A stretch of 64,000 nt of DNA from Phaeosaccion multiseriatum (taxonomy: Eukaryota; Protista; Ochrophyta, other classes). The notes under the pieces are model-generated. The model was not told the origin of the DNA and did no database searches. It worked only from the letters and a program-made list of their open reading frames with translations. Below are positions 1 through 9,904 of this stretch, piece after piece (position 1 is the first letter of the stretch; each line of letters starts with the position of its first letter). Position numbers and translations under genes: made by a program. Location: positions 1-64,000 of the forward strand of contig CBCOSG010000003.1 of NCBI GenBank assembly GCA_965112735.1, in the 5' to 3' direction.

Positions 1-1012
<1,012 letters not shown>

Positions 1013-1209
1013 TATATAATATAAAAATAACTAGATTTTGGTATATATATAATATCAATATCAATCTAATATCAAACATTAGAACTCGATTACGTAGATT
1101 GAGGAAAAAAAAAAAAAAAACCTTCTAAATCGCCAGACCCTCCTTCGAAGGAGATTTCGAAAGAGACTCCGAAAAAAGGAGAGCCAAAAAACTTGGAAGA
1201 GTTTGTCGA

Positions 1210-1295
1210 ATGGTTACAATCCCGTTATAAAGAGGATTTTTAAAATATTATAAAGATTATTTTTAAAATAATCTTTATAATGGAATTGTAACCAT
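1210..1295. terminator. Long imperfect hairpin downstream of psbA and an orphan frame
   Basis: ATGGTTACAATCCCGTTATAAAGA pairs with TCTTTATAATGGAATTGTAACCAT; nested ATTATAAAGATTATTTT/AAAATAATCTTTATAAT. Confidence 0.6.
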
Positions 1296-1353
1296 ATAGT
1301 ATTTCTTTATTTATAAATTATTTATAAATAAAGAATAAATCTACAAATAAATA

Positions 1354-1435
1354 GCGGACATGGCGAAATTGGTAGACGCGTCAGGTTTAGATTCTGGTAA
1401 CGATAGTTATGAGAGTTCAAGTCTCTCTGTCCGCA
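1354..1435 (+). tRNA. trnL: tRNA-Leu(UAG)
   Basis: GCGGACA/TGTCCGC acceptor stem, TTTAGAT anticodon loop, long variable arm, GTTCAAG T-loop. Confidence 0.93.
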
Positions 1436-1683
1436 AAAAGTATATTCCTTATTAAAATAATTAGCCCATCTTAAGAAAATATATAATATAAGAGATTTTG
1501 TATTTTTTAAAAAAACTGGGAAATAATATTTTTTGCTTAATAAAGTAGATACTAAATTTATACCTGGCTTGGCCATCAATAAATACAAATTTTATAGTCT
1601 AATTAAATAATAATTTTTTTATTCTGGAGTTAAAAGTAAAGAATATTTTATTTTTATATGTATAATTCTTAAAATTGAATTAT

Positions 1684-1854
1684 TTACTCTGAAGTTTTTT
1701 TTTCCAACTTATATATAAAACTTTTTTGTTTATTTGATAAGATAGATTTTGCTAAAGAAAACGCAGCTGTGGCACTAACTTTTGCTTTTTTTTTCCAGCT
1801 AGCTTTTCGCTTGTTTTTCATCATTTTGGAAGTACGTTTTTTTGGCACTGCCAT
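1684..1854 (-). CDS. rpl32: 50S ribosomal protein L32 (56 aa, not in ORF track)
   Basis: Manual translation [24 protein letters not shown]...AFSLAKSIL. Confidence 0.95.
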   Translation of the reverse strand: MAVPKKRTSKMMKNKRKASWKKKAKVSATAAFSLAKSILSNKQKSFIYKLEKKTSE

Positions 1855-1904
1855 TTTTTTATTCCTCTTTTTTTATTAATATATATTAATTGATCTTTAT
1901 AAGA

Positions 1905-2018
1905 TTAATTTGAAGTCATTCGGACTAATTGTTGCACGGCAACACGACCAATATTGTATAATGCCCAAGAAGCGGCAATTAATGCGGGGGCAAAGACAAT
2001 AAGAAGACGTGCATCCAT
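1905..2018 (-). CDS. psbY: Photosystem II protein Y (37 aa, not in ORF track)
   Basis: Manual translation [37 protein letters not shown]. Confidence 0.95.
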   Translation of the reverse strand: MDARLLIVFAPALIAASWALYNIGRVAVQQLVRMTSN

Positions 2019-2204
2019 ATTTAACATTTTTAAAAAATATATAGTAGAAAGAATTAAATGTTAAACCGGACTATTTAAAGTTTAGAATTTATATAACTTT
2101 TTCTTTTTTATACATACTTATAATTTTAAATTATAGATTGTTGTTTTTCTTCAACATCTAAATAAAAGATCATAATAATAGAATTATAGCTAGTTTATTC
2201 TTAA

Positions 2205-4862
2205 TTAAGATGGAATAATTTTCGATGAAAACACGCCTAATAAAACAATATCTCTTATATCCTTTAATACCATATTGAATAATATTTGAGAACTTTCACA
2301 ATATTTATTAAAAGGATCTTTTTGACTATACGCTTCCCAATTTATAGATTCTTTTAAAAATGTCATATTTTCTAAATGTGTTGACCAATAAAAGTCTATA
2401 TATTTTAATAAAATTGCTTTTTCATATTGGGAAAGTAATTCAAACTCATAGGCGCCAAATTCATATTCTTTTGTATCGTAAACTGACCAAGCTTGTCTAT
2501 ATAAGAATGCACGGAAGTTTTCTAAATTTTTAATTTGTGGAGAAAGGGTTGAAACTGTCATATCCATGATACTTAATAATGAATATAGTTCAGTATTTGA
2601 TAAATTGTTCTCTACATTTGAAGTCATTGTAATTTTTAAGTTATCAATCAATTCATCAATAAAGCTTTCCATAAAACTGAGTATTAATTCTTTAAATCTT
2701 GAAGAAAAAACAATTTTTTTCCTAATATTTAAAATATAAAACCTGTGTTGATTTAAAACCTGGTCATACTTATCTAAATTTTTACGCTCATTATAAAAAT
2801 GACTTTCGATTTTTTCCTGAGCTGAATTGATTAAGTTAGAAAATAGTTGAGATTCAAGAGCTTGATCGGTTTTTTTCAAATTTAACATATCTACTGTGCT
2901 TGCCACATTTTTTCCACCGAAAATTTTTAATAGTGGATCTTCTAAACTTACAAAAAATCTAGAGCTACCAGGGTCTCCCTGTCTACCTGCCCGGCCACGA
3001 AGTTGATTATCAATCCGTCGTGATTCATGTCTTTCACTTCCAATTACATACAAACCACCAAGTTCTTTTATTATTTTTGCTTGTTCTTCACATTTTTTTT
3101 TATAATAATCTAATATTATTTCATAAATTTGATACATTCTTTGGTCAAAAATTTTTCTTTTATCTTTTCCTGAAGTTAAAAAATTTACATAATTATTAGT
3201 AGTTTTTTTAGTAAAAAGTTCCAAAATTTGGGCAGAATAATTTTTGTGTACATAATTTATTAAAGTATAAAAAATATTTTTTACATTAGAATCTAGGCTG
3301 ATATTTGAAATTTCATTATTAGCCAATTTTTGTAATAATTTTTTAAATTGACTACGGGCTTTAAATTCAGGATTACCTCCTAATAATATATCCGTTCCTC
3401 GGCCTGCCATATTGGTCGAAATAGTTATGGAGTTCAAGCAACCTGCTTGTGCAATAATTTGTGATTCTAATTTAGTAGTTTCGGGTTTAGCATTTAAAAG
3501 TTGGTGTGGAATCTCATACGCGGCCAACAAAAAAGAAAATATCTCAGAATTTTCAATTGTTGTAGTTCCTACAAGAATTGGACGACCTGTTTTATGAATT
3601 TCTTTAACTTCTAGACAGATAGCTTTCCATTTACTAAATTGATTAAAATAAATTAAATCTGATAGATCTTTCCGTATAATGGGTCTAAATGTTGGTAAGA
3701 CGACAACAGCTAAATTATAAGTATTTTCAAATTCAAGTTGCTCAGTTTTAGCTGTTCCAGTCATTCCTGACAATTTAGGATATAAGCGGAATAAATTTTG
3801 ATATGTAATCGATGCTAAGGTTTTTGTCTTTTGTAAATTTGTTAATCCTTCTTTTGCTTCAATTGCTTGGTGTAAACCTTCTCCCCATTTTCGTCCTTCC
3901 ATACTTCTTCCAGTAAATTTATCTATAATAACAACTTCATTATTTTGAACTATATAATCAATATTACGAAGAAATAAGCATTTTGCTCTAATTGCATTTA
4001 ATATGTAACCGATCCAAGGATCATTGGTAGTATAAAGATTATCAACTTTCAGTAAAACTTTACTTATATAAAATCCTAATTCTGTTAAACTCGCAGTTTT
4101 CGTTTTTTCATCAAGTTCAAAATGAAGGTTCTCTTTAAACCGTGTTATAAGTTGATCAGCTTTAAAAAATTTATCCAATCTAACTTTGGATAAGGTTGAA
4201 ATAATTATAGGTGTTCTGGCTTCATCAATTAGTACTGAGTCAATTTCATCGATAATACAAAAATTGAACCGTCGTTGAGTAATCTCATTCGTTTCTGTTA
4301 CTAAATTATCTCTTAGAAAATCAAATCCAATTTCTGTATTAGTAATGTAAGTAATATCACAAAGATAATTTTGTTTCCGTTCAGCTTGTGGCATATTCTC
4401 TTTAATTAAGCCAACCGTTAATCCTAAACATTGATAAATTTTTTGCATCCATTCCATATCCCGCTGTGCTAAATACTCATTTACTGTAATAATATGAACT
4501 CCTTCAGTAGATAGAGCATTTGTAGCGGCTGGACAACTTGCAACCAAAGTTTTCCCTTCACCAGTTGCCATTTCAGCGATTTTTCCTTCATTAAGAATTA
4601 ATCCACCAAGTAATTGAGTATCATAATGTCTTAAGCCTAAAGTTCGTTTAGATGCCTCACGAGTTAAAGCAAAAGTATTAGTAATAATTGAATTTGTAAG
4701 TTTGGCATTATTTGTCGACATAGTATTTTTTAACAAACCAATCCTTTCCTTAATTTCACTTGGTAAAAGAGTACTAAATTCATTTTCTAGTGCATTAATA
4801 TTTTGAATAATGGGCCGGTAAGTATTCCATAGTTTTTTTTCAGTAGAAAAATGTTGAATCAT
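2205..4862 (-). CDS. secA: Preprotein translocase ATPase SecA
   Basis: MATGEGKT, IIDEIDSVLIDEARTP, TNMAGRGTDI, RRIDNQLRGRAGRQGDPG. Confidence 0.98.
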   Translation of the reverse strand: MIQHFSTEKKLWNTYRPIIQNINALENEFSTLLPSEIKERIGLLKNTMSTNNAKLTNSIITNTFALTREASKRTLGLRHYDTQLLGGLILNEGKIAEMATGEGKTLVASCPAATNALSTEGVHIITVNEYLAQRDMEWMQKIYQCLGLTVGLIKENMPQAERKQNYLCDITYITNTEIGFDFLRDNLVTETNEITQRRFNFCIIDEIDSVLIDEARTPIIISTLSKVRLDKFFKADQLITRFKENLHFELDEKTKTASLTELGFYISKVLLKVDNLYTTNDPWIGYILNAIRAKCLFLRNIDYIVQNNEVVIIDKFTGRSMEGRKWGEGLHQAIEAKEGLTNLQKTKTLASITYQNLFRLYPKLSGMTGTAKTEQLEFENTYNLAVVVLPTFRPIIRKDLSDLIYFNQFSKWKAICLEVKEIHKTGRPILVGTTTIENSEIFSFLLAAYEIPHQLLNAKPETTKLESQIIAQAGCLNSITISTNMAGRGTDILLGGNPEFKARSQFKKLLQKLANNEISNISLDSNVKNIFYTLINYVHKNYSAQILELFTKKTTNNYVNFLTSGKDKRKIFDQRMYQIYEIILDYYKKKCEEQAKIIKELGGLYVIGSERHESRRIDNQLRGRAGRQGDPGSSRFFVSLEDPLLKIFGGKNVASTVDMLNLKKTDQALESQLFSNLINSAQEKIESHFYNERKNLDKYDQVLNQHRFYILNIRKKIVFSSRFKELILSFMESFIDELIDNLKITMTSNVENNLSNTELYSLLSIMDMTVSTLSPQIKNLENFRAFLYRQAWSVYDTKEYEFGAYEFELLSQYEKAILLKYIDFYWSTHLENMTFLKESINWEAYSQKDPFNKYCESSQILFNMVLKDIRDIVLLGVFSSKIIPS

Positions 4863-5011
4863 ACTTGTAATTTTTTATAAATATAAAAAGAAAAAAAAGA
4901 CTTTCTAGTAATTAAGTAAAGGAAATTAGTCAGAATCGTGAGTCATTTCTATAGATGTTAGTTTGAAAATTATAATAATAAATGTGAGAGGGGGTTTAGT
5001 ACTCTTTTAAA

Positions 5012-5380
5012 TTAATAAATACAGTTATAAGCTAATGGACTTTTTAATTTCGATGAAGGACCAGTAAACTCACCTATTATTACATTATTAAATCTTAGTT
5101 TTAACCAAGTAACAAAATTTTTATTGGTAGAAACAAGAGCAATATTATTCGTTAAACATTCTTTTTTTATTGATTGCAGTTCGGGAAGTTCTAAAAATTG
5201 AGGACTTGGTAATAACCAGAAATCTAAACGTTTTTCAATTGAGCGATAATATTCTACCCGTTCCCGTAGTACTTCTTCAAAAGGTTCATGAATTAAAAGA
5301 AAATTTTGACTCCCTAAAACAAAATAGTATTGACTTTCCATTTTCATAAATTTTAAATAATGCTTACTTATTATAAGCAT
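5012..5380 (-). CDS. ycf54: Ycf54, Mg-protoporphyrin monomethyl ester cyclase accessory factor (true start probably the downstream MKMESQ)
   Basis: YYFVLGSQNFLL..EPFEEVLRER..DFWLLPSPQFLE pattern. Confidence 0.9.
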   Translation of the reverse strand: MLIISKHYLKFMKMESQYYFVLGSQNFLLIHEPFEEVLRERVEYYRSIEKRLDFWLLPSPQFLELPELQSIKKECLTNNIALVSTNKNFVTWLKLRFNNVIIGEFTGPSSKLKSPLAYNCIY

Positions 5381-5706
5381 TTTTAATCATATTTACCCAT
5401 TTAATTTATCTTTTTCTTATTTATTTATTTTTAAGCTTAAACAAAAAATGATTATACTCTGGAGCCTAACTCAATAAAACTTAAAAAAGCAAGACATAGA
5501 TTTAGTAAATTTACTTATTTTATATGTACGGATTTATATTATTTATACTAATATGCAGAATGGTATTATTAAACGTATTAGAAATTGAGTCGAGTTTGGT
5601 TAACCTAGTCCTTCTTTTAAAGTTTGATAAGTAAAAACGCAAATAGATACAATCTCCATATTTTTAATTATTACAATCAACATAAATAAAAAAATAAACG
5701 ATATTT

Positions 5707-6121
5707 ATGACAGCAAATTTAATAGCCATAGGAATTGGTATAGCAATTGGGATCTCACCATTACGGGATTCCGCATTCGCAAAATTTTTAATTCTCATTA
5801 CAGGAGGTTAAAAATTATGACAATGTTGCATATAATAGAAAGAGGCATGTAGTAAAAAAAGGCCTGCCTTATCTGTTTCCCATTGGAAGAACAGTAAAGA
5901 TTGCGCAGACGGGAATAAATGTGACAAATTCAACAAGTCCTGTAATATTAGCAAAAAATATTACAGTCACTGTTGTTGATTGTTGCTCACCACCACCTGT
6001 ACGGTTAGCGGCGCATTGTATTGGAGCGGAGGCTATTATTGCAGCCTCGGTTGTAAATCCGAATCCAATTACATTTGGGTCCGCTATGCATATGCTCGCA
6101 GAAATTTATGAAAAATGTTAA
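5707..6121 (+). pseudogene. Orphan ~137-aa ORF interrupted by a 1-nt frameshift near 5808
   Basis: ATG at 5707 gives a 34-aa hydrophobic peptide ending GG*; the +1 frame is then open to 6121 (KNYDNVAYNRKRH...DCCSPPPVRLAAHC...EIYEKC); span 415 nt = 138 codons + 1. Confidence 0.6.
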
Positions 6122-6164
6122 TTAACTTAAATTATATTAATTAATATTTTTCATAAATTTCTGC
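6098..6164 (+). terminator. 28-bp stem hairpin overlapping the orphan ORF stop
   Basis: GCAGAAATTTATGAAAAATGTTAATTAA / TTAATTAATATTTTTCATAAATTTCTGC with one G-T pair and an 11-nt loop. Confidence 0.75.
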
Positions 6165-6186
6165 TAGATACTCTCAGGCGTACTGG

Positions 6187-6433
6187 TGCGGATCCCCCTG
6201 CCAGGCAAAATTGTCTGCATCTCATCGCTAAAGGCTATTTCCTATGGGTGTATGAGCATAAGGGATCTATGCAATGCCCAACCTAAAAATCTATTATGTT
6301 AGATTCTAGGTTAGCATTTTCGCATTATGTTAGGCAGGTAATTAGAACTCTGCTATTTACACAAAGTTTAATCCTGTCTGCTTTTTTCGGCGTCATTACT
6401 CGTGTGTATTTAAACGGCACTATTGTGTAAATA
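6187..6433. other. GC-richer multi-stem non-coding element of unknown type
   Basis: Nested stems GGATCCC/GGGATCT, CAGGCAA/TTGTCTG, CTCAT/ATGAG; hairpin 6274-6317; perfect 11-bp IR TATTTACACAA (6354)/TTGTGTAAATA (6423). Confidence 0.45.
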
Positions 6434-6573
6434 AGTCTTGTAAATTAATACATTATTTAAAAATTCAATTTTTAAAAAATCATTAAAGCAAATAAATATA
6501 ATAAATTTATTTACTTTAATTTTATATATTAGGATTTTTTATATAGTTAGAGAGTTATTAATAGAAAAAATAG

Positions 6574-6645
6574 TCCTCAGTAGCTCAGTGGTAGAGCAAT
6601 CGGCTGTTAACCGATTGGTCGTAGGTTCAAATCCTACCTGGGGAG
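6574..6645 (+). tRNA. trnN: tRNA-Asn(GUU)
   Basis: TCCTCAGTAGCTCAGTGGTAGAGC..CTGTTAA..GGTTCAAATCC cloverleaf. Confidence 0.97.
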
Positions 6646-6712
6646 TTTATAGAAATTATAATTTATTTATTAATGTTGTAGAATTTAGATAAATATTAAT
6701 AAATAAATTTTC

Positions 6713-7519
6713 ATGGTTTTAACAAATAAATTAATAATTGGGAACAAAGCTTTTGATTCACGTTTAATGTTAGGGACTGGAAAATATAAAGATTTAAAAG
6801 AAACAAAAGAGAGTATTTTACAAAGTAAATGTGAGATTATTACAGTTGCAGTTCGTCGACTTGATTTACAAGGTATAGAAAAAAACTCAAATTTAATTAA
6901 CTCTTTAAATTGGGATAAATTATGGCTACTTCCAAATACTGCAGGGGCAAAAACTGCTGAAGAAGCTATTAGATTAGGATTTTTAGGGAGAGAGATTGCT
7001 AAAAAAATTGGTCAAGTGGATAATAATTTTGTGAAACTTGAAGTTATTTCTGATTCTAAATATTTATTACCTGATCCAATTGGGACTATTAAGGCAGCAA
7101 AATTTTTAATCAAGAAAGGATTTACAGTTTTACCGTATATTAATGCTGACCCTATGTTGGCTCAACACTTGGAGGATATTGGTTGCTCTACTATTATGCC
7201 TTTAGGCTCACCCATTGGTTCGGGACAAGGAATTAAAAATTTAACAAATATTAAAATTATTATCGAAAATGCCAGTATACCTGTTATAATTGATGCTGGA
7301 ATAGGAAGCCCTAGTGAAGCTGCGCTAGCTATGGAGATTGGTGCTGATGGGGTACTAGTAAATACTTCAATAGCCAAATCTAATAACCCAACTCTAATGG
7401 CAAAAGCGATGAAAAATGCAGTAAAGGCTGGGTACCAGGGTTATTTAGCTGGTTGTATTAAATCTGAACCTTTTGCACAAGCAAGTTCTCCTATTTATGG
7501 AAGTAGCTTTTTAAATTAA
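6713..7519 (+). CDS. thiG: Thiazole synthase
   Basis: [38 protein letters not shown]. Confidence 0.97.
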   Translation: MVLTNKLIIGNKAFDSRLMLGTGKYKDLKETKESILQSKCEIITVAVRRLDLQGIEKNSNLINSLNWDKLWLLPNTAGAKTAEEAIRLGFLGREIAKKIGQVDNNFVKLEVISDSKYLLPDPIGTIKAAKFLIKKGFTVLPYINADPMLAQHLEDIGCSTIMPLGSPIGSGQGIKNLTNIKIIIENASIPVIIDAGIGSPSEAALAMEIGADGVLVNTSIAKSNNPTLMAKAMKNAVKAGYQGYLAGCIKSEPFAQASSPIYGSSFLN

Positions 7520-7595
7520 AAAAGAATATAGTACTTCTAGGATATTAAGTTATAAGATTTTACTTTTATATTCAAATAAATTCTGGAGATAAGAA

Positions 7596-7841
7596 ATGTC
7601 ACATGGTGTAAAAATATACGATACTTGTATTGGATGCACTCAATGTGTTCGAGCTTGTCCAACCGATGTTTTAGAAATGGTGGAATGGGAAGGTTGTCGA
7701 GCATCACAAATGGCTTCTGCACCACGGACAGAAGATTGTGTTGGTTGTAAGCGTTGTGAATCAGCTTGCCCTACTGATTTTTTAAGTATTCGAGTTTATT
7801 TAGGTGGAGAAACAACTCGTAGTATGGGCTTAGCTTATTAA
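7596..7841 (+). CDS. psaC: Photosystem I iron-sulfur centre
   Basis: Two CxxCxxCxxxCP motifs; ends TTRSMGLAY. Confidence 0.99.
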   Translation: MSHGVKIYDTCIGCTQCVRACPTDVLEMVEWEGCRASQMASAPRTEDCVGCKRCESACPTDFLSIRVYLGGETTRSMGLAY

Positions 7842-7932
7842 ATTTTTTTCATTAAAGTAAGAACATTCTTTCTTTATAGGATAATAGATAGCTATCATGA
7901 TAATAGCTAAATTCCAATCAATTAATTTATAA

Positions 7933-8856
7933 CTATAAAACCCAACCGTAACTATGTAATCCTTGTCCTAAAAAATTTACTCCTAGGTAACATACCCAAA
8001 CTACAAAAAAACCTAAAGCAGCCAATGCTGCAGGGGCTTCTCCAGTCCATCCTTTAATAATTCGAGCGTGTAAATACGCAGCAAAAATTAACCATGTGAT
8101 TAAAGCCCAAGTTTCTTTTGGATCCCAACTCCAATATGAACCCCAAGCCTCGTTAGCCCAAACCGCTCCTGCAATAATGCCTATAGTTAGGCATGGAAAA
8201 CCAAAACTGATAATACGGTAACTTAAACTATCTAAATTAGTTAATAATTTCTTTTTAGAAGAATGCTCAGTAAAAGTAGAGGTTAAATACACTTCCGTAG
8301 CTTGAAGTAAATTAGATTTTTTTAATGGAATTAATTTTACAGATTTTCTATTTAATTTCTTATTCCGTAAAATTAAAAATAAAATCGATAACAAAGAACC
8401 AGTTATTAATGTTCCGTAACTTAACATCATTAAACTAACATGCATCATTAACCAATTTGATTGGAGTGCTGGGACTAAAGGGCTAGCTTTTTGCAGCTCT
8501 AATGGTAATGTAAAACTAGCAAAAGTATTAATTAATAATACAACGGGAAGAATAATTGCTCCAATTATTTTATTTTGAGCATTTTTCTCTAATACTATTT
8601 GTAAAAACAATAAAATACATGATAAAAATATTAATGATTCATAAAGATTACTTAGGGGAAAATATCCATGAAGAACCCAACGACTTCCCAAAAAAATTGA
8701 TAAAATGAGTGCAGCAATTTTTGAAGTAATATTTCCTAATCGGTATAGAGAATGAAAATTAGAAAAAACTAAATGAATCCAGTAAGATAACATTGCAGAG
8801 AATAAACAAACGAAGCTTATATTTATAAATAAATTTTGGTAATTATCGAATAACAT
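7933..8856 (-). CDS. ccsA: Cytochrome c biogenesis protein CcsA
   Basis: WANEAWGSYWSWDPKETW WWD motif. Confidence 0.98.
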   Translation of the reverse strand: MLFDNYQNLFINISFVCLFSAMLSYWIHLVFSNFHSLYRLGNITSKIAALILSIFLGSRWVLHGYFPLSNLYESLIFLSCILLFLQIVLEKNAQNKIIGAIILPVVLLINTFASFTLPLELQKASPLVPALQSNWLMMHVSLMMLSYGTLITGSLLSILFLILRNKKLNRKSVKLIPLKKSNLLQATEVYLTSTFTEHSSKKKLLTNLDSLSYRIISFGFPCLTIGIIAGAVWANEAWGSYWSWDPKETWALITWLIFAAYLHARIIKGWTGEAPAALAALGFFVVWVCYLGVNFLGQGLHSYGWVL

Positions 8857-9331
8857 ATGTACAAATTTTATTAATTACTATATTCTATATTATATCATAT
8901 AATGTACACTATAGTAATTAGTAGAAAAAAATAATATGTCTTACGAAAATAAAAAACTAATTACAATATTGCAACAAGGGTTAAAAATTCGAGAAAATAT
9001 AAAATATAATTATTACCTGATCACTGCAAACGGAGGACTGGGACGAATAATTTATAAAGAATAAAAAAAACTGTATCGAATTAAATACATTCTGTATAAT
9101 CAGTCAAATTTAATAGCTTTTGGGAAGTTCTACTTAATAAGTTTAAATTGAGCTGGATCTAAACAACAAACTTATCAATATGTTTTAAATAAAAAGGAAA
9201 GGTAAGAGAAAATGAAAAGACTTTGTGATTAGACAAATAAACTCACTTTATAATTTAAACTATGGACAATATAAGGCTTTTAGTATTATTATATATAGGG
9301 GAATTTTAGATTTATCAACAGAGTTTTTCTT

Positions 9332-9646
9332 ATGAAATATGCTATCATTGAAGCTAGTGGGAAACAATTTTGGGCCGAATCTGGTAGGTTTATTGAATTA
9401 AACCACATACAACAAGAATCTGGAACCCAACTTTTATTTAACCGAATTTTATTTGCCCGAAATCACGACTCTGTATTTATTGGACAGCCTTATCTAGAGA
9501 AAATAAAAATAGAAGCAGTGGTAGATAGCAATATTTTAGGTCCAAAAATTATGGTTTATAAAATGAAACCTAAAAAAAAATACATAAAAAAAATTGGTTA
9601 TCTTAAAAAATTAACACTAATATTTATTGAAAAAATTATATATTAA
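9332..9646 (+). CDS. rpl21: 50S ribosomal protein L21 (copy with aberrant 3' end)
   Basis: [14 protein letters not shown]; six substitutions versus the other IR copy at 9571-9633. Confidence 0.9.
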   Translation: MKYAIIEASGKQFWAESGRFIELNHIQQESGTQLLFNRILFARNHDSVFIGQPYLEKIKIEAVVDSNILGPKIMVYKMKPKKKYIKKIGYLKKLTLIFIEKIIY

Positions 9647-9657
9647 AAAAAAACAAT

Positions 9658-9903
9658 ATGGCACATAAAAAAGGAGCCGGTAGTACAAAAAACGGCCGTG
9701 ATTCAAAATCTAAACGTTTAGGGGTAAAATGTTACCAAAACCATAAAGTAAAAATTGGGAATATTTTAGTAAGACAAAGAGGTTTAACTATTAAACCTGG
9801 CCAAAATATTGGTGTTGGCAAAGATTTTACATTATATGCTTTAAAAGCAGGTGTAACGATGTACCGAAAAACAAAAACAAAAACTTTAATCTATATTTTA
9901 TAA
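9658..9903 (+). CDS. rpl27: 50S ribosomal protein L27
   Basis: [16 protein letters not shown]. Confidence 0.97.
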   Translation: MAHKKGAGSTKNGRDSKSKRLGVKCYQNHKVKIGNILVRQRGLTIKPGQNIGVGKDFTLYALKAGVTMYRKTKTKTLIYIL

Positions 9904-9904
9904 A

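Noticed and set aside
1322-1588. 88-aa minus-strand ORF (mirror 20766-21032)
   Set aside because: Its 3' half is antisense trnL; the 5' half matched nothing I can support (a ycf36 remnant was considered, without convincing motifs)
5600-5659. 19-aa minus-strand ORF MEIVSICVFTYQTLKEGLG
   Set aside because: Too short and not like any small photosystem or cytochrome subunit
6165-6200. TPP riboswitch upstream of thiG (CTGAGA on the minus strand)
   Set aside because: Wrong strand relative to thiG, lacks the ACCUGAU..GCGNAGG half, and trnN intervenes
6187-6433. tmRNA, RNase P RNA, group I/II intron or hammerhead identity for the structured element
   Set aside because: No tRNA-like ends, no GAGGAAAGUCC, no P7 or domain V motifs, no CUGAUGA/GAAA core
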